Below, piece by piece: positions 63,205-64,000 of a stretch of 64,000 bases of DNA (its first letter is position 1; the number at the start of each line of letters is the position of its first letter). Source of the DNA: Myxococcota bacterium (lineage in GTDB: Bacteria > Myxococcota_A > UBA9160 > UBA4427); assembly GCA_050618075.1 (NCBI GenBank), contig JBNLVL010000004.1, positions 461,587 through 525,586 on the forward strand. The letters run 5' to 3'. The notes under the pieces are model-generated. The model did not search any database and was not told the DNA's origin. It saw nothing but the letters and a program-made list of their open reading frames with translations. The translations under genes were made by a program, and so were the position numbers.

Positions 63205-64000
63205 GTGTCCGACGTCCATCGCCTCTTCGGGATCGAGCTCTCACCGTACTCGGTCAAGGTCCGTTCGTATCTCCGCTACAAGGGCATCCCCCACGAGTGG
63301 ATCGTGCGCAGCCAGGACACCATGGCCGAGTACCAGAAGTTCGCGAAGATCCCGATCATCCCGCTGCTGGTGACTCCGGACGAGCAGGGCGTGCAGGACT
63401 CCACGCCCATCATCGAGATGCTCGACGCCCTCCACCCCGAGCCGTCGATCCACCCCGACGACCCGATCGCGGCGTTCGTCTCCACCCTCCTCGAGGAGTT
63501 CGGGGACGAGTGGGGCAACAAGTGGATGTTCCACTACCGCTGGGCGAGAGAGGTGGACCAGCAGTCGGCCGCGGAGAGGCTCGTCTCGGCCATGATGCCT
63601 GGCCTCGAGGGAGACCAGAAGGCGCAGATGGTCAGCGGACTCGTCGAGCGCATGCTGGGTCGGGTCTGGTTCGTGGGCTCCTCGGAGCAGACGGCCCCCC
63701 GGATCGAGGAGTCCTTCCGGGAGGGCATCGAACTGCTCGAGGCGCACCTCGCCGGACGGCCCTACCTCTTCGGGGGACGCCCGGCCTTCGGCGACTTCGG
63801 TCTCTGGGGCCAGGTGTACAACGCGTGGACCGACCCGACGCCTCGAGGCCTCCTCGAAGAGCGGGCGCCCGCCGTGGTCGCCTGGGTGGAGCGCATGCTC
63901 GAGCCGAAGAACGAGGGAGACTTCGAGGACTGGTCGTCCCTCGAGCCCACCCTGAAGCCCTTCCTCGCGCGCCAGGTGGGACGGCTCTTCTTCCCCTGGA
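63205..64000 (+). CDS. glutathione S-transferase family protein, 3' end cut by window edge
   Basis: Open frame from GTG 63205 (GGAGG 6 nt upstream) to the window end, so not in the ORF track. VSDVHRLFGIELSPYSVKVRSYLRYKGIPHEW...IPLLVTPDEQGVQDSTPIIEML is a thioredoxin-like GST N-domain, followed by a helical C-domain (RPYLFGGRPAFGDFGLWG). Confidence 0.85.
   Translation, partial: MSDVHRLFGIELSPYSVKVRSYLRYKGIPHEWIVRSQDTMAEYQKFAKIPIIPLLVTPDEQGVQDSTPIIEMLDALHPEPSIHPDDPIAAFVSTLLEEFGDEWGNKWMFHYRWAREVDQQSAAERLVSAMMPGLEGDQKAQMVSGLVERMLGRVWFVGSSEQTAPRIEESFREGIELLEAHLAGRPYLFGGRPAFGDFGLWGQVYNAWTDPTPRGLLEERAPAVVAWVERMLEPKNEGDFEDWSSLEPTLKPFLARQVGRLFFPW

Noticed and set aside
1-64000. rRNA, tRNA, transposase, integrase, prophage or toxin-antitoxin signatures
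   Set aside because: No cloverleaf-like or rRNA-like conserved stretches appeared in the intergenic regions I inspected, none of which exceeds ~300 nt. No ORF carries DDE, tyrosine-recombinase or serine-recombinase motifs. The Lys-rich secreted-protein genes and the short AT-rich regulatory patches are the local compositional exceptions I saw.

Overview
This is a very GC-rich bacterial chromosomal segment. Third codon positions are almost always G/C, so nearly every real gene is shadowed by long Arg/Pro/Gly/Ala-rich antisense or out-of-frame ORFs in the track. I called genes from recognisable protein-family motifs, Shine-Dalgarno sequences and the frequent ATGA/GTGA stop-start coupling. About 57 CDS are supported. 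I saw no rRNA, tRNA, CRISPR array, transposase or integrase.

Left to right:
- 1-2613: the B-G-D part of a group-3b-like [NiFe] hydrogenase operon, cut by the window edge.
- 2863-6074: a TetR regulator, a divergent SCP2-PhyH dioxygenase and a TPR-like exported protein.
- 6123-11470: cNOR nitric-oxide reductase norCBQD, with a di-haem NorC fusion, and a divergent Rrf2/NsrR-like regulator.
- 11558-17042: a PQQ-like propeller protein and a beta-oxidation trio.
- 17232-25135: a glycan-tailoring island (2,3-dehydratase, GT2, SGNH-like protein, TylF-type methyltransferase, sulfotransferase) interrupted by two hsp20 genes.
- 25252-32707: SDR, MDR and thioesterase genes, then a single-chain BC-BCCP-CT acyl-CoA carboxylase.
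- 32736-39890: a complete Na+-NQR operon, nqrABCDEF-apbE-nqrM.
- 40102-49132: CBS, Usp, DUF4105-like, permease, epoxide hydrolase, lgt and nhaA genes.
- 49189-53763: an MtoAB/PioAB-type porin-cytochrome cluster.
- 53787-64000: a thiolase-like gene, a phosphoesterase, the cAMP module below, an ADH and a partial GST.

Most interesting:
- A compact candidate cAMP circuit at 56163-61787. It has a 7TMR-DISM adenylate cyclase split by one in-frame TGA, a CRP-like regulator, and two CRP boxes that would sit at -41.5 and -82.5 given my inferred -10. These precede an operon for a secreted F-type-lectin protein with a cationic amphipathic C-terminal helix and its small paralogous partner.
- The decahaem/porin/CymA-like/monohaem extracellular electron transfer cluster, which has no MtrC-type partner in the window.
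- Several short tandem-repeat arrays, and an orphan hairpin plus terminator in an intergenic region.
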